Assembly: GCA_026770705.1 (NCBI GenBank)
Contig: JANJGN010000053.1
Span: 3,162,001-3,226,000, forward strand
Reading direction: 5' to 3'
DNA length: 64,000 nt
Source of the DNA: Isurus oxyrinchus
Taxonomy: Eukaryota
The translations under genes and the position numbers were made by a program. The notes under the pieces are model-generated. The model was given only the letters and a program-made list of their open reading frames with translations, had not been told where the DNA came from and searched no databases. Numbering within the stretch: position 1 is the first letter of the stretch; the number at the start of each line of letters is the position of its first letter. This document shows positions 62,561-64,000 of this stretch, one piece after another.

Positions 62561-64000
62561 CTTTAAAATCTCGCTCCGTCTAATCCCACATATTCCAAAG
62601 TTGAACACAATAGGACCCCTTTTGGGGAATTGAACCTGATCAGCGCTTGGTTTGTGAAAATTATTCTGGATAATAGAATTTTCATCTTCTGCCTCCTTTC
62701 TGCGCTGTGCAGGAAAACTTCGTTAAATTAGTGAAACAATTAGGATTTTAAAATTAAAGCTTCTTTATGATTTGTTTTGTTAAATTTAAAGTAAATAACC
62801 AATATAAATGTTTTTCAGAAAATGAAAAATGTATCTGATAACAATATTCGAAGTTATTCCCTGTCAGTAAATCAAAATTTATTTTCGTGCCTTCCACCGA
62901 CAAAGCAGCAAAAAAAAATCCTCGCCCCGGTGCAAAGTAATTGGGAAAAAAAAAAAAATCCCAAGATCCCCTTAATTCTATATCAAAGTTATCGGGAACG
63001 TGGAAGGAGGAGGAGAGAACTTAATAATTTATTGACTCTCTACATGCAAAAAGTATGAAGTAGAAACATCTTCTTCAGATCAAAAGTTCATTGTTTATGA
63101 GAAAATAAAAGCTAACCAAAACTCAGAGAAAATACGTAAAAATAAGAACATTTTTTGCTATGTAACTGTTTGGAGATTGGATTGAACAATTGTACTCATG
63201 ACAAAAGCTAATGCAAGCAATATTAATGCTGACAATGATTAATATTTTATTACATTCTGTTCAAAAGTCGTGTCCAGCCCGCAAATGCTGGAAAAAAAAA
63301 ACATTTGCATCCTTCTTATTTCACTTGATCACAAGTAGGTTTGACCGTATTTCAAGTGAGGAAATTGAGTTAATGAAATATGTGCATTGGGTCATTCATC
63401 AGTGAGTTCAGCCCTGACTCGGATTCTGCACTCATTGAGTTAATTTACATTCCAGACAATGATACGTTCCATTCGAAGAGCGTCAGTCTCCGCTACTTCT
63501 CCGCTGAATTTCAGTTACCAGGTTAGAGTTGTATTTCGAATCTGTTCTTTCTGTACAAGAGGCACTGAGGTCAAGATAAAAGTTAAATGCTGGGAGTGTG
63601 ATAGGTTTCGACTTTTTGTCATCCAAGTCTCAGTTTCATATGGAATTAAGTTAATTAGCTGTAAAAAAAAAAATACCTAGTTTCCGGTCTCCAAAAGCAA
63701 TGAGGAAAATGTGGCCGGTTGATCTTGATGGATTTAAAAGTAGACACATGCGCAAAGTGTCTACAAGCTCAGATTTCATCACAATTAAATTCACTCTTCA
63801 TAATTCACCTCCACAACCCTAACTATTCAAGCATTTAGGGAAAACTAATCCAGTTTTCGACAAAACATTTTGTTTAGTCCTGGATATGTGAAGATAATTT
63901 CTGGAGCAATATCTAAAACAAGCCTCCAGCAGTCCTTTGATTTAAAAGACATGTTCCTCAAAAAATTACAATATCTGGCATATAGAGTCAATGATTTATT

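Noticed and set aside
63517-63552. Small exon-like segment upstream of the SRCR gene
   Set aside because: 32 nt, phase-incompatible, and not signal-peptide-like.

Overview
Eukaryotic, repeat-rich genomic window, almost certainly from a cartilaginous fish (shark-type CR1 LINEs, Deu-type SINEs, palindromic Penelope-like remnants, 69-bp satellites), with two assembly gaps. Two spliced genes, both on the minus strand, can be built by hand. (1) A two-exon, 324-aa orphan class A GPCR of the GPR139/GPR142-like family (13357-13288 + 11069-10165). It has a compact PU.1 + C/EBP + TATA promoter and has lost the ECL2 cysteine. (2) A WC1/CD163-family group B SRCR receptor (60642-43806) with six SRCR exons, a transmembrane helix containing a Glu, and a tail with IYEEI and YDDAE tyrosine motifs. 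Three of its splice sites are non-canonical although every exon is open and phase 1-1, so it may be a young pseudogene or a domain-skipping allele. Between the genes lie palindromic 30-bp arrays, two 69-bp satellites, local segmental duplications, a 9-kb degenerate modular repeat with at least 17 Deu-SINE core motifs and three C/D-box-like units, and a G-rich array. There is also a degenerate tRNA-Gly relic, a Copia-like gag relic and a possible Ig V-domain relic. No CRISPR or prokaryotic system is present. Family assignments come from recalled motifs, not from database searches.
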